Origin: Thermodesulfobacteriota bacterium
GTDB taxonomy: Bacteria; Desulfobacterota; Desulfarculia; JACQYL01
Reading direction: 5' to 3'
DNA length: 64,000 nt
Assembly (NCBI GenBank): GCA_963675595.2
Contig: CAXXLZ010000002.1
Coordinates: 800,001 to 864,000, forward strand
Below, piece by piece: positions 54,264 to 64,000 of this stretch (its first letter is position 1; each line of letters opens with the position of its first letter). A model generated the notes under the pieces. The model ran no database searches and had not been told where the DNA came from. It saw nothing but the letters and a program-made list of their open reading frames with translations. The position numbers and the translations under genes are program-made.

Positions 54264-54656
54264 CACTTTCTTCGAGATAGGAGCTTCGAAGACCGTAAGA
54301 TGATCAATAGTCTCTTTTACGTACCTAACTTGTCAAGGCATTCTCGCACCTCCGTGCGATCTTTGAGACGACCCGTCATTCAGATCATGATATCCGTTTG
54401 TCGGGTCTTTGGGTTTCGGACATTGGAGACCGCACACGAAGGGCCGCTGAGGCCGCCCTCCGGACTTAAAGAAGCGGCTCCGACTGCGAAAGAAGAAAGG
54501 CGAGCGGGAAGAGGGCGGCGCCCGGGGCGTTGGAGACGGCTCCGATGAGTGGAGCCGCCCTCACCCCGATTCCAGGCAAAACAGCCTCGAAGTATTTGCA
54601 GAGTTCACGTTCCAGGGACAGGCCGTTCACCACGAGGTTCGAGAACAACGTACCCG

Positions 54657-55109
54657 CTACCGCTTGAGTAAACCGCCGGAAAGCAGCTTGCTCAACGGGT
54701 CTCCGGCCGCATCCCCGTCCAAGGTCGCAAGACCGCAGGCCGCCTCGAAGGTTTGTTGCAGGGTGTACTGCGTCGTTTCTCCCGCAATCTCCAAGACCGC
54801 TTTGGCGGTAGCAGGCTGTGCGTCCACGCTCGTGCCTACCTGACCAAAAACGACTTCCAGGCTCGCATCCTTGCCGAACAACTCCGGAACATCGAAACCA
54901 TCGCTCACGTCGGGGTCCAGAAATACATAAAAACGCTCCCCATCCGCAGATACGATAATGAGGGAAGAACCCGTGGTGTAGGTCTGGATCCAGAAATTGT
55001 TGCTGTAATCGCTCGGCTTCCAGACTCCGTCCGACCAGGAAAACGCCTGAGCGGAGAAGAGGAATACCAGCAGGATGGACCAAAGATAGATGCTTCGATA
55101 ACGTTGCAT
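54657..55109 (-). CDS. Secreted protein with GVWK..FLDPD domain (possibly frameshifted; would extend to 54466)
   Basis: RBS AAGGAGG, signal peptide ending AQAFS, domain similar to those in 6375..7379 and 51763..52497. Confidence 0.75.
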   Translation of the reverse strand: MQRYRSIYLWSILLVFLFSAQAFSWSDGVWKPSDYSNNFWIQTYTTGSSLIIVSADGERFYVFLDPDVSDGFDVPELFGKDASLEVVFGQVGTSVDAQPATAKAVLEIAGETTQYTLQQTFEAACGLATLDGDAAGDPLSKLLSGGLLKR

Positions 55110-55504
55110 GGGTCTACCTCCTTTGATGCCGTGCGTCCGAAGACGGGCGCAGGTTTTGCGTGAACGCCGTGGATTCGATTAAACCGGAATTCTTCGCTTC
55201 TTGAATTCCTCGACAGCCGCGCTTTGACCCGCCTGTAGACGAAAAACACGCGGCCTCCCCTCCCGCCGTCATCCGAATGAGCCGCGTCCTCCTCGCCGCC
55301 TTGAGTGATGATCTCCTCCGGCCCGCGCCACGGCTCGGGCCGGCCTTTCGAGCGTGAGCGTCGATTTCTCGAATTCAGGATGCGAAAAGGCAGTTTAACT
55401 CAATTCCTCTCGGCCCCCAACCGAAATTCTTGTTTCCCGTTTTGGGCTATGGTTTTCTTGAACGCCGGATTATTGTAATAAGAGAATAACCAAAGGAGGA
55501 ATAC

Positions 55505-56080
55505 ATGGATCTGTATGAGGCTATCGAGAAGAGACGGACCATCCGGGTGTACAAGGCGGGCGCCACGGAAGAACAGCTGCGCAAGATCATCCTGGCCGGA
55601 ACGAAAGCGCCTTCGGCTCTCAATCGCCAGTTTTGGGAATTCATCATCGTGGAGGACCCCTCCATCATCCAACGGCTCGCGGAGCTGAAATACGAGCAGA
55701 CCATGAAAACCCCGTTGAAAGACCCGGCAAAACGACCGAAGCTCGAAGCGGCCGGGTCGGCTCAAAAGGAATCTTTCAAGAACGCCTCCATTGTGGCGGT
55801 GTGCAACAAGGTGGACTGGGAACGAAGCCTCTGGCTTTGCATAGAAAACATGTCACTGGTCGCCGTCGCCGAAGGGCTGGGTTCCGGAATCGTGCTCTAC
55901 TGGGATGAAGACAAGAAGAAGGCGGGAGAATTGTTGGGGCTTCCCGAAGACTACGAGCTCACCGCCATAATGAAGATCGGCGTCCCCGGAGAGGAAGGAT
56001 ATGCCAGGGACGAAAATCCCTTCGGCCCGAGAAGGCCGGATTTCAGTTGGCTTCATAAAAATCGGTACCAGGCGAAATAA
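55505..56080 (+). CDS. Nitroreductase family protein
   Basis: AIEKRRTIRVY, APSALNRQFWEF, ENMSLVAVAEGLGS. Confidence 0.92.
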   Translation: MDLYEAIEKRRTIRVYKAGATEEQLRKIILAGTKAPSALNRQFWEFIIVEDPSIIQRLAELKYEQTMKTPLKDPAKRPKLEAAGSAQKESFKNASIVAVCNKVDWERSLWLCIENMSLVAVAEGLGSGIVLYWDEDKKKAGELLGLPEDYELTAIMKIGVPGEEGYARDENPFGPRRPDFSWLHKNRYQAK

Positions 56081-56215
56081 CCTTCCGTGGTCCGGGGGAA
56101 ATCCATGGCATTCGGATTTCCTTCGGCTTTGAAACCCACTTGCGGTCATCCCTGAACCTGTCCTCGAACGGGGTCCTGTCACCTGTCGGACATCGGAATC
56201 GGCGATCCTTCGAAC

Positions 56216-57529
56216 ATGAGTCATCGAACCGGCAGTAACATAGGCATCTTGGGCGCGGGAATCATGGGTTGCTGTCTCGCTCTGGAACTGGCCCACAGAG
56301 GTTACGACGTCGACCTCCTGGAAAGGTCCTCCACCCCCGTAACCGGCGCGAGCCTCCATAACGAAGGCAAGCTCCATTTAGGATTCGTCTACGCCAAGGA
56401 CCCCCTCAAAGAAACGCACCGTCTCATGGCGCGAGGCTCCCTGACCTTTTCCCGTATCCTCCGGCAGTTGACGGGTCACGGCGCGGACGTCTTGAAGCCC
56501 TCGCGGCCGTTCCACTACTTTGTTCCTCGGGACAGCCAGTTGGGCATAGCCGCCATCGAAGCCCACTTTCATCAGGTCGAAGAGACCGTTCATGAATTCA
56601 CGAAAACTTCGGGAGACCTTTATCTCGACCTGAAAATCGACCGCTTTCACCGACGTACCCCCTCAAAGATTCACGACAGGCTGTTTTCACCCGATCTGAC
56701 CCAAGGTTCCTTCGAAACGGAGGAACGAGCCGTCTCACCTACGGCCCTGGCTCGAGTCCTCCGGGAAGCCGTAGCCCGTCATCCCAAAGTACACTTTTTG
56801 GGAGACACGGAGGTTCGGGCGGTGATCAGGTTTGCGGGCGGGGACGTGGGAGTCGAGGCGAGCCGGAAGAACCTGCCCGTTCAATATCGGTACGTGTGCG
56901 CGGCCAACTGCCTGTGGGACGACCGAGTGCGCGTCGACCGGACCGCGGGGATACGAGAGAACGTCCCCTGGATATTCCGATACAAAGCGACGGTCAATAT
57001 CGGTGCGCTTCCGGCGGCCGACGCCCACATCCCTTCAGCGACGGGAATCCTCGGGGCCTACGGCGACGTGGTGAATCACGGCGACGGGTCATGCTACGTC
57101 TCCTGGTATCCCAAAAGCAAGATTGCCCAATGCACCCACGAGGACGGGCGGGTGCTGCACGATCGCGTGCACCGGGGTTTTCTGCCTCGAAGCATTCGAA
57201 AGATGACGGAAGCCCACCCTTCCCTCTCCAAGTTCGTGGCCGGCATCGCCCACTCGAATTTCATCAAAAGCAACATCCGGGGCATGGCGGCCTATGTCCC
57301 CTCAATGAACCGTTTGCTGGACAACGGCATAAGAGGCGAAGTGGGGGGAGGCGTCATTGTCGCACGGGGACGCACGGACATAGACGACCCCGGCAGTATT
57401 CTCCATCAGAGATCACTCATTGGCCCCATCGCCCACGGTTCCTACGTGACCGTGGACACGGGAAAACTCTGCATGGCGCCTTTGTTCGCGAGGGAAACGG
57501 CCGATCTCATGGTAGAGGTCCTTTCATGA
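56216..57529 (+). CDS. FAD-dependent oxidoreductase (DAO-like)
   Basis: Rossmann ILGAGIMG, GASLHNEGKLHLG, C-terminal TGKL. Confidence 0.8.
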   Translation: MSHRTGSNIGILGAGIMGCCLALELAHRGYDVDLLERSSTPVTGASLHNEGKLHLGFVYAKDPLKETHRLMARGSLTFSRILRQLTGHGADVLKPSRPFHYFVPRDSQLGIAAIEAHFHQVEETVHEFTKTSGDLYLDLKIDRFHRRTPSKIHDRLFSPDLTQGSFETEERAVSPTALARVLREAVARHPKVHFLGDTEVRAVIRFAGGDVGVEASRKNLPVQYRYVCAANCLWDDRVRVDRTAGIRENVPWIFRYKATVNIGALPAADAHIPSATGILGAYGDVVNHGDGSCYVSWYPKSKIAQCTHEDGRVLHDRVHRGFLPRSIRKMTEAHPSLSKFVAGIAHSNFIKSNIRGMAAYVPSMNRLLDNGIRGEVGGGVIVARGRTDIDDPGSILHQRSLIGPIAHGSYVTVDTGKLCMAPLFARETADLMVEVLS

Positions 57530-57860
57530 CCCGGCCCGCATGCCCCCCTGGTGAACCCGCCCGGGGGTCGAAACCCTTCCCTTTTGGTCCCCTGGTCGTC
57601 AAGGACGGCGGATTCGGGCGGTTTGGAGATCGAAGCCCTCCAATTCCCGCAGATCTGGTCTACGCGCAATACGCCTACCACGGTGCTGGATCCGCCTTGC
57701 TCTCCCGCATTTTCGTAACCACCCCGCACGGACCGACATTGAATCCAAAAAAGGGAGTTGAAACCGCCGGCGCATCGCGCATTGGGTTGGATGTGATTCC
57801 AAAACGCTTCTGGAGGCCCATGACCAACTCAGTTCAATTATAGAAGCGAGGCACGGGCCG

Positions 57861-58239
57861 AAGTGGACCCCAAGGTGGGCACCAAATTTAGCCCGAGAAT
57901 AAGGTGGGGGAACTGGAAATCGGCGCCTCAAAAACCCGTGTCGTTGCCCGTCCCACGGACGAACAAAAGTATTGGTTGACTTTGATCGGAGCGCCACCCA
58001 TTCCATCGTCCCTGCCATGAAACGAGGCTTGTAGTGTAAAAGCCGTCCAATCAAAATATGTAACTACTTGATATCATTACGGCGCTATCGCACAGAGCGT
58101 CAAACTTCGGGTGCGTTGGAAAACGACCTACGGTCGGCAGGTGGGAAATACGGTGGGAAAACTCCAAGATCGTCTTCAAAAACCGTCTTTTTTGCCTTGA
58201 ACGTCCAATCCGACTTATTGATTTTCTTTCGGTTTTTGG
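57861..58239. mobile_element. Possible att-site remnant of an integrative element at the tRNA-Arg 3' end
   Basis: Tandem 12-bp-period repeats (57861-57884; 58140-58160) and IHF consensus at 58061-58073; no integrase seen. Confidence 0.4.
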
Positions 58240-58316
58240 TGGTGGGCGATGCGAGACTCGAACTCACGACCTTTGGTTCCGGAGACCAACGCTCTATCCA
58301 CCTGAGCTAATCGCCC
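58240..58316 (-). tRNA. tRNA-Arg (CCG)
   Basis: GGGCGATTAGCTCAGGTGGATAGAGC-GTTGGT-CTCCGGA-ACCAA..GAGTTCGAGTCTC..CGCCCACCA. Confidence 0.97.
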
Positions 58317-58430
58317 ACACGACGCTCTTCCTTCTATCGGAAGAGTGTGATAGTGTCAAGATTTTCATCTTTCAGCGCCTCTCCGGCGCCGTTTCCTCAC
58401 CGACCCTTTATCGACGTGATCGGAAGTCCC

Positions 58431-58898
58431 ATGTCCACCCCTGCTCTCCGGTTTCTTAAGCAACGGAACGTTCCCCACCGTGTGGAGACCTACGAACACT
58501 TGGAAAAAGGCGCTCGCTTCGCCGCCTCCGCTCTGGACTACCCCATCGAACGAACCATCAAGACCCTGGTGGTGGAGCTTTGTCCCGGAGGATACGTCCT
58601 GGTGCTCATGCCGGGGCACCTGCAGGCCGACCTCAAAGCCCTGGCCGCGTCGCTCAAGGCCAAAAAGGCCGCTCTGGCGGATGCCGCGACCGCCGAGCGC
58701 CTCACCGGTTACCAAGTGGGAGGCATCAGCCCCTTCGGCACCAAACGGCGCCTCCCGGTCTATATAGAGCAAAGTCTGGCGGATTTCTCCGAGGTGGCCA
58801 TCAACGGGGGACGCCGGGGAACCATGCTCAAAATGGACCCGCAGGATATCCTCAAGGCCTTGGGAGCGCGCACTCTCGAACTGGGGCGCCCCGAGTGA
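58431..58898 (+). CDS. ybaK: Cys-tRNA(Pro) deacylase, YbaK/EbsC family
   Basis: MSTPALRFL, IKTLVV, TGYQVGGISPFG, INGGRRG. Confidence 0.92.
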   Translation: MSTPALRFLKQRNVPHRVETYEHLEKGARFAASALDYPIERTIKTLVVELCPGGYVLVLMPGHLQADLKALAASLKAKKAALADAATAERLTGYQVGGISPFGTKRRLPVYIEQSLADFSEVAINGGRRGTMLKMDPQDILKALGARTLELGRPE

Positions 58899-59039
58899 CG
58901 GGATAACGGAATCCCACGGCCGGCGCCTCGCCCGCCCGCATCCCTCCTCTTTCACTCGTAAGCATTCAGAGAGGGGTCCGGGGGCCATTGTCCCCCGTCG
59001 GGGGTGCAGCGGAACGGCACCCCCCGTGAATAGGTGCTT

Positions 59040-59345
59040 TTACTCCATGGAGTCGTCGGGGGGCGAAGAGACTTCGGATTCCGGGTTCTCTTCCGAAGAA
59101 GCATCCCCCTCTTCCGTGGAGGCACGCCGGGAGAACCTCCGCACCAGCACGCCGGCAAGCACCGCGGCACTGATGAGAATGATCAGGTTGGAAGCGAAAA
59201 AGGTCAGAATAAAGTAGTGCGGTGACTCGAGGGAGTAGGCGCCCACCAGCAGGTCCACGCCGAAAAGCAGAAAAATGAGGGAAAGCGCGACTTGGACGAC
59301 CGTGGACAAGAATCCCGGGCGTTCAGACGGGAAACGCATACCCAC
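59040..59345 (-). CDS. Small hypothetical membrane protein
   Basis: Two hydrophobic helices and an acidic tail; overlaps the end of the upstream gene. Confidence 0.6.
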   Translation of the reverse strand: MGMRFPSERPGFLSTVVQVALSLIFLLFGVDLLVGAYSLESPHYFILTFFASNLIILISAAVLAGVLVRRFSRRASTEEGDASSEENPESEVSSPPDDSME

Positions 59346-59994
59346 ACATTCGATCCAACTCTTCCTTCATCCGGTTGAGGCGTTCCTCCACCAGTCTCGT
59401 ATAGGCTTCCGTGACTTCGGGGCCTCCGGCAGACACTTCGATGGGATCGCCGAACATCACCGCTACTTCGGAAAAGGGCTTGGGGATCATGGTCCCGTCC
59501 CACGTCTTTTTGAACGTGATGGACTTTCCGCAGGACCAGAGTATGGGCATCAGAGGAACCCCGGTGCGCTGCGCCAGAACGACCATGCCCGGCTTGGCCT
59601 TGAACGCCGGTCCGCGAGGGCCGTCCAGCACGGTTGCACAATACAGTCCGCCTTCTTCGAGATGCCGGACCATTTCCCGCAAGGCTTCCTTGCCGCCTCG
59701 GCTGCTGGAACCGCGCACCGGAACCGTCCCCATCCGGGAGGCGAAACGCGCGATATACTCCCCGTCGCGGCTGCGGCTGAACATGACCATGGCATGAAGG
59801 GAGCCGAGGTAATATAGAAAGTAGATCGCCGCCCGATGCCAAGTGGCGAAGACGAAGGGTTCCTTTCCCGAAACGACCCGTCTACGGTTCTCGGGATTGA
59901 CCACTCGAACCCGTATCGTGGAAAACCAGGCCTTGAACAGAGGAACTCCCACGTATTCCAGCAGGAAGAGCTTGATGCGTTCAGCGGGCGCCAT
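59323..59994 (-). CDS. DUF374 / lysophospholipid acyltransferase family protein
   Basis: TWH, SRSRDGEYIA, VRGSSSRGG, DGPRGP, KTWD..IPKPFS. Confidence 0.9.
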   Translation of the reverse strand: MAPAERIKLFLLEYVGVPLFKAWFSTIRVRVVNPENRRRVVSGKEPFVFATWHRAAIYFLYYLGSLHAMVMFSRSRDGEYIARFASRMGTVPVRGSSSRGGKEALREMVRHLEEGGLYCATVLDGPRGPAFKAKPGMVVLAQRTGVPLMPILWSCGKSITFKKTWDGTMIPKPFSEVAVMFGDPIEVSAGGPEVTEAYTRLVEERLNRMKEELDRMCGYAFPV

Positions 59995-60086
59995 GAACTC
60001 GATCTCGTTTGAATAGTGGGATTGGAACCGCGCGGGATAGAGAAGCGCTCCCCGCCTCCCTCATGGAAGCGACCGGAAGAAACCAC

Positions 60087-60164
<78 letters not shown>

Positions 60165-60383
60165 ACAAAAACTCGTTTATTTGTACCCTTTGGACAACAT
60201 ATCCAGGGACACCTATTGCACACCTACCCTCACCCCATCAGAGGTTCGGGGCATCCTTTTGTGGGATGCATTCAGGAATCCTGCGTCTCACGACAGGCGG
60301 GGCAATGCCGAAATTCCGCTTGCCGGAGGGCTTTCAGGTAGCATACGCTCCCGTGGTTTGCAAGGCATATTGGGTGGAAGACA

Positions 60384-61109
60384 TCACCAAAGCTCGCCTC
60401 CCAAGGCTTCCAATTGGATTTGCATCAGAGCCCGAATCCCTTTGGTACCCAGTTCCAGCATGCGATCCAGGGCTTGGGCGTCGAACGGCTTCTTTTCCGC
60501 GGTCCCTTGAATCTCCACAAAGGCTCCCGAGGACGTCATCACCAGATTCAGATCTGTTTGAGCACGGTGGTCCTCTTCGTAATCCAGGTCGAGAAGCACC
60601 TCGTCGTCCACGACTCCGACGCTCACCGCGGCCACGGCCTCCCGTATGGGTGAAGCGGTGAGTTCTCCCCGTTCGCGCAGTAACCGAAGCGCCTGCACCA
60701 AGGCCGTAAAGGCCCCGGTAACGGACGCCGTCCGGGTGCCCCCGTCCGCCTGGATGACGTCGCAATCCAGTACGATGGTGCGTTCCCCCAGAGCGTTAAG
60801 GTCCATCACCGCCCTGAGGGATCGGCCGATCAGACGCTGGATCTCCTGGGTTCTCCCCTGCAGGCGTCCCTCGGCGGATTCCCGTTTCACGCGCTCCCGT
60901 GTGGACCTGGGCAGCAGGGCGTATTCGGCGGTAACCCAGCCGGACCCCGTGTTCTCGAGAAAGCGAGGAACCTCATTGCGGATCGAGGCGGCGCACAGCA
61001 CCTGGGTGTCTCCCGTGTGAATGAGGACCGAACCTTCCGCGTACTTGAGTACGCCGGTGTTGATCTTCGCGGGTCTCAATTCTTCCGGCCTTCTATTTGA
61101 CTGCCTCAT
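60384..61109 (-). CDS. rph: Ribonuclease PH
   Basis: GWVTAEY, GRTQEIQRLIGRSLR, DCDVIQADGGTRTA, LDLDYEED, VEIQGTAE. Confidence 0.97.
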   Translation of the reverse strand: MRQSNRRPEELRPAKINTGVLKYAEGSVLIHTGDTQVLCAASIRNEVPRFLENTGSGWVTAEYALLPRSTRERVKRESAEGRLQGRTQEIQRLIGRSLRAVMDLNALGERTIVLDCDVIQADGGTRTASVTGAFTALVQALRLLRERGELTASPIREAVAAVSVGVVDDEVLLDLDYEEDHRAQTDLNLVMTSSGAFVEIQGTAEKKPFDAQALDRMLELGTKGIRALMQIQLEALGGELW

Positions 61110-61144
61110 CAGCCTTTGCCTTTTTCCCTTTCATTTAATGGAAC

Positions 61145-61244
61145 GGCCCGTTTAAAAAGTCCGGTTGGTGCAGGCCGGAGATCGCATTTTTCGCATCTAT
61201 TCACGAGATGTGCAGCATGTGCCGTACAACTTTTTAAAACACCT
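61145..61244. repeat. About 100-bp miniature element with imperfect terminal inverted repeats
   Basis: GGCCCGTTTAAAAAGT ... ACTTTTTAAAACACCT. Confidence 0.45.
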
Positions 61245-61310
61245 AAACTTTTGGGGAAGGAGCCCGAGGGAGCCTTTTTTTCAAAAAGGGCTCCTCGGAT
61301 ACCCCCTTAA
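61245..61310. repeat. REP-like stem-loop
   Basis: CCGAGGGAGCCTTTTTTTCAAAAAGGGCTCCTCGG hairpin flanked by GGGG/CCCC. Confidence 0.5.
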
Positions 61311-61337
61311 CTGCCCGTTGAAGAAGTTGGACTATTC

Positions 61338-61461
61338 CAGATTGTTGAAAAACGATGACATGCAAGGCGCGCAAATCCCGAGGAATGAGGCGTACATAGA
61401 AGTACGTCGCAGTGACGAGGGATGAAGCGCAACGCCGCAGATCGCGTTTTTCAACGGTCTG
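61338..61461. mobile_element. MITE (non-autonomous, IS-like terminal inverted repeats)
   Basis: TIRs CAGATTGTTGAAAAACG / CGTTTTTCAACGGTCTG (15/17 match), 124 bp, related copy at 7496. Confidence 0.8.
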
Positions 61462-61539
61462 TTAATGCTCACCGTTTTTCAACCGCTTGATAATCGATCC
61501 CAATCGTGGTTGGGAACACCTCACTCCGTGCTTGGCGAC

Positions 61540-61568
61540 TTGACTTAAAGCACGACGAGAATTATTGT
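61540..61568 (+). promoter_or_regulatory. Sigma70-type promoter of tRNA-Leu-tig-clpPX
   Basis: TTGACT-N17-TATTGT. Confidence 0.6.
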
Positions 61569-61648
61569 TGTTTGATACCAACAATTGTCACCCTTTTGCC
61601 ATCACCGGGCGACACTTACAAGGCTCTACGGTCCCTGACGCAGACCCT

Positions 61649-61734
61649 GCGAGAGTGGCGGAACCGGTAGACGCACTGGACTTAGGATCCAGCGGTTAAT
61701 CACCGTAGGGGTTCGAATCCCCTCTCTCGCACCA
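61649..61734 (+). tRNA. tRNA-Leu (TAG)
   Basis: GCGAGAGTGGCGGAACCGGTAGACGCA-CTGGA-CTTAGGA-TCCAG, long variable arm, GGTTCGAATCC..CTCGCACCA. Confidence 0.97.
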
Positions 61735-61757
61735 GAATCCAATTCCCGAGGAATTAC

Positions 61758-63080
61758 ATGAGAGTAACAGTTGAAGATGTCAACCCCGTTAAGAAGAAAA
61801 TGGACGTTTCCGTTCCCAAGGAAGAAGTCGCCCGGGAACTGAGCAATTATTTCGATGACCTACGGAAAAAAGTCAAGGTGCGCGGTTTCCGGCCGGGCAA
61901 AGTGCCCATGTCCATGATCCGGCGGCTTTACAAAGAAGCGGCGGAAGAGGATGTCGCGGCCAAACTGATCAGCGAATCTTATCCCAAGGCCATTGAAGAA
62001 CAAAACATTCGCCCCCTGGGCAGCCCGGCCCTCGAAAAGGGTGTGCTGACGGACAGCGAAGATTTCACTTACTCCGCCACGGTGGAGGTTCCGCCTGAAA
62101 TCCACATCGAAGGATATTTAGGAGTCGAACTCGAAAAAGCGGAACCTGAAGTGACGGACGCGCAGGTGGATGAACGGGTCGAACGGCTTCGTGAGGTTCA
62201 TGCTCATTTGAACCCCGTCGAAGATCGTCCCGTGCAGGACGGAGATGTGGCGGTGGTGAACTACCAGCGTTTCCTGGACGGCGAGCCCCTGGAGGACAGC
62301 AAGCACGAGCAGGTGCACATGGAGATCGGCAAGGGCCGATTCCCGGAACTCGAGAAGGGGCTGACGGGACTCTCCAAAGGTGAGGATAAGGAAGTCGAAG
62401 TGACTTATCCGGAAGACGCCCAGATGGAGGACCTCAGAGGCAAGACGGTGAAGTTTCGTTTGGAAGTGACCGACATCAAAGAGAAGGAGCTCCCGGAACC
62501 GGACGACGATTTCGCCAAAGACTTGAACCTGGGCATTGAGACCATGGAGGAACTCCGGGACAAGATTCGCTCTGAAATTCTGGAAGAGGAAGAGCGGCGC
62601 GTCCAGGCGGACCTGAACAAACAAATCCTGGACAAGTTCCTCAAGGAAAATCCGTTTGCAGTCCCCGAGACCCTGGTGGAGTACGAAACGGAATCCATGC
62701 TCGAGAACCTCGAAAAACGCATCGCTCGCCAGGGAATGACTCTGGAAGCCATGAACATGGACCGTGAGGAGCTTAGGAAAACCCATCGCATTGCCGCCGA
62801 GGAACGGGTCCGCGCCAGTCTCTTGTTGAACGAGATCGCCAAGAAGGAAAAGGTCGAGGTGGACGAAGTCGATCTGAACGAAGCCTTCGAAAAAATGGCC
62901 CGGCAGGTGGGACAGGATCGAGAATTCATTCGCTCCTATTACGAAAAGGGCGGTTTGATGGACGGTCTCCGGGGCCAACTCCTGGAAGAAAAGACTTTGA
63001 AACTCATTTGTGATCATGCTACGATGAAGCCCAAATCCGCTATATCTCAAGAAAATTCAACGGAAGGACAAGAAGAATAG
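61758..63080 (+). CDS. tig: Trigger factor
   Basis: Ribosome-binding [12 protein letters not shown]-like domain, position before clpP. Confidence 0.97.
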   Translation: MRVTVEDVNPVKKKMDVSVPKEEVARELSNYFDDLRKKVKVRGFRPGKVPMSMIRRLYKEAAEEDVAAKLISESYPKAIEEQNIRPLGSPALEKGVLTDSEDFTYSATVEVPPEIHIEGYLGVELEKAEPEVTDAQVDERVERLREVHAHLNPVEDRPVQDGDVAVVNYQRFLDGEPLEDSKHEQVHMEIGKGRFPELEKGLTGLSKGEDKEVEVTYPEDAQMEDLRGKTVKFRLEVTDIKEKELPEPDDDFAKDLNLGIETMEELRDKIRSEILEEEERRVQADLNKQILDKFLKENPFAVPETLVEYETESMLENLEKRIARQGMTLEAMNMDREELRKTHRIAAEERVRASLLLNEIAKKEKVEVDEVDLNEAFEKMARQVGQDREFIRSYYEKGGLMDGLRGQLLEEKTLKLICDHATMKPKSAISQENSTEGQEE

Positions 63081-63081
63081 C

Positions 63082-63678
63082 ATGCTGGTACCTATTGTCG
63101 TTGAACAGAGCAGCCGCGGTGAACGCGCGTTCGATATCTATTCCAGGCTCCTGAAAGATCGAATTGTATTCTTGGGCACCCCGGTCGATGACGTGCTGGC
63201 CAATTTGGTCATCGCCCAGATGCTTTTTCTCGAGTCGGACAACCCGGAAAAAGATATCCATCTTTACGTGAACTCCCCGGGGGGGTCCGTGACCGCCGGT
63301 CTGGCGATTTACGACACCATACAATATATCAAACCAAGCGTTTCCACCACTTGCATGGGCCAGGCGTCCAGCATGGGCGCCCTGCTTCTCGCCGCGGGGG
63401 CCAAAGGAAAACGGTACGCTCTGCCCCATTCGAGGATCATGATTCACCAGCCCATGGGTGCGTTCCAGGGCCAGGCCACGGACGTGGAGATTCAGGCCAA
63501 AGAGATGCTTCGCCTGCGGGAAGCTCTGAACGAGATTCTGTCGAGACATACCTGCCAACCCATCGAAAGGATTCGTCTCGACACGGAACGAGATTTCTTC
63601 ATGGATGGAAACCAGGCCAAGGAATACGGTCTCATCGACGAAGTGATCGTGAACCGCGAACCCGACGCCTGTAAGTAG
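63082..63678 (+). CDS. clpP: ATP-dependent Clp protease proteolytic subunit
   Basis: [30 protein letters not shown]. Confidence 0.98.
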   Translation: MLVPIVVEQSSRGERAFDIYSRLLKDRIVFLGTPVDDVLANLVIAQMLFLESDNPEKDIHLYVNSPGGSVTAGLAIYDTIQYIKPSVSTTCMGQASSMGALLLAAGAKGKRYALPHSRIMIHQPMGAFQGQATDVEIQAKEMLRLREALNEILSRHTCQPIERIRLDTERDFFMDGNQAKEYGLIDEVIVNREPDACK

Positions 63679-63763
63679 TACATAAGACCCCATAGGATAC
63701 AGCGGTCTCGGCATACGGAGTCCTCAAGTGGCCACTCCGAAATAGGCCGTTGGGAGAGGAATT

Positions 63764-64000
63764 ATGGCGAAAAAGGACAACGGTAAGGGCTCGGACCTCC
63801 TGTGTTCTTTCTGTGGAAAGAGTCAGGAAGAAGTCAAGAAACTGATTGCCGGCCCGTCCGTTTATATCTGTGACGAGTGCATCGAGCTCTGCAATGAGAT
63901 CATCGCGGAGGAGTACGAGAGAGAGGATGCACAACAAGATCGCTCGCGGATGCCCAAACCGTCGGAGATCAAAACCATCATCGACGAGTATGTGGTGGAC
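63764..64000 (+). CDS. clpX: ClpX ATPase (5' part, truncated by the window edge)
   Basis: Hand translation [47 protein letters not shown] (C4 zinc finger). Confidence 0.96.
   Translation, partial: MAKKDNGKGSDLLCSFCGKSQEEVKKLIAGPSVYICDECIELCNEIIAEEYEREDAQQDRSRMPKPSEIKTIIDEYVVD

Noticed and set aside
58237-58242. Genomic CCACCA at the tRNA-Arg 3' end
   Set aside because: The second CCA is most simply trailer sequence removed in processing; the acceptor stem is normal

Overview
GC-rich bacterial chromosome segment. Gene content (GEMM-I riboswitches, VPLPA/PEP-CTERM proteins, cbiC/cbiF, sulfate-reducer-type Fe-S protein) suggests a Desulfobacterota/deltaproteobacterium; this is inference. Core content: two hybrid histidine kinases, a CZB chemoreceptor, a GldA/GldF-G/DUF4340 ABC system, a Liv-type ABC operon with an embedded acyl-CoA ligase, two Hsp20 genes, cbiC-cbiF, a GlgE-pathway alpha-glucan cluster (glgE, treS-mak, glgB, treZ, GH57, glgM-type glgA), ybaK, rph, tRNA-Arg(CCG), tRNA-Pro(TGG), tRNA-Leu(TAG) and tig-clpP-clpX(partial). 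Most interesting: (1) a convergent pair of c-di-GMP-I riboswitch-gated VPLPA-CTERM surface-protein genes (27.8-31.1 kb), one of which carries the three motifs of a Cys-Gln thioester (TED) adhesin; (2) an unrecognised ~90-aa domain (G[IV]WK...QxY...FLD[PA]D) shared by three dispersed secreted proteins with different partner domains; (3) a MITE family with a nested cluster near tRNA-Leu and a shortened copy that supplies a gene's stop codon; (4) an att-like scar at tRNA-Arg and a decayed CSLREA-type gene. All calls come from reading motifs; no database searches were run.
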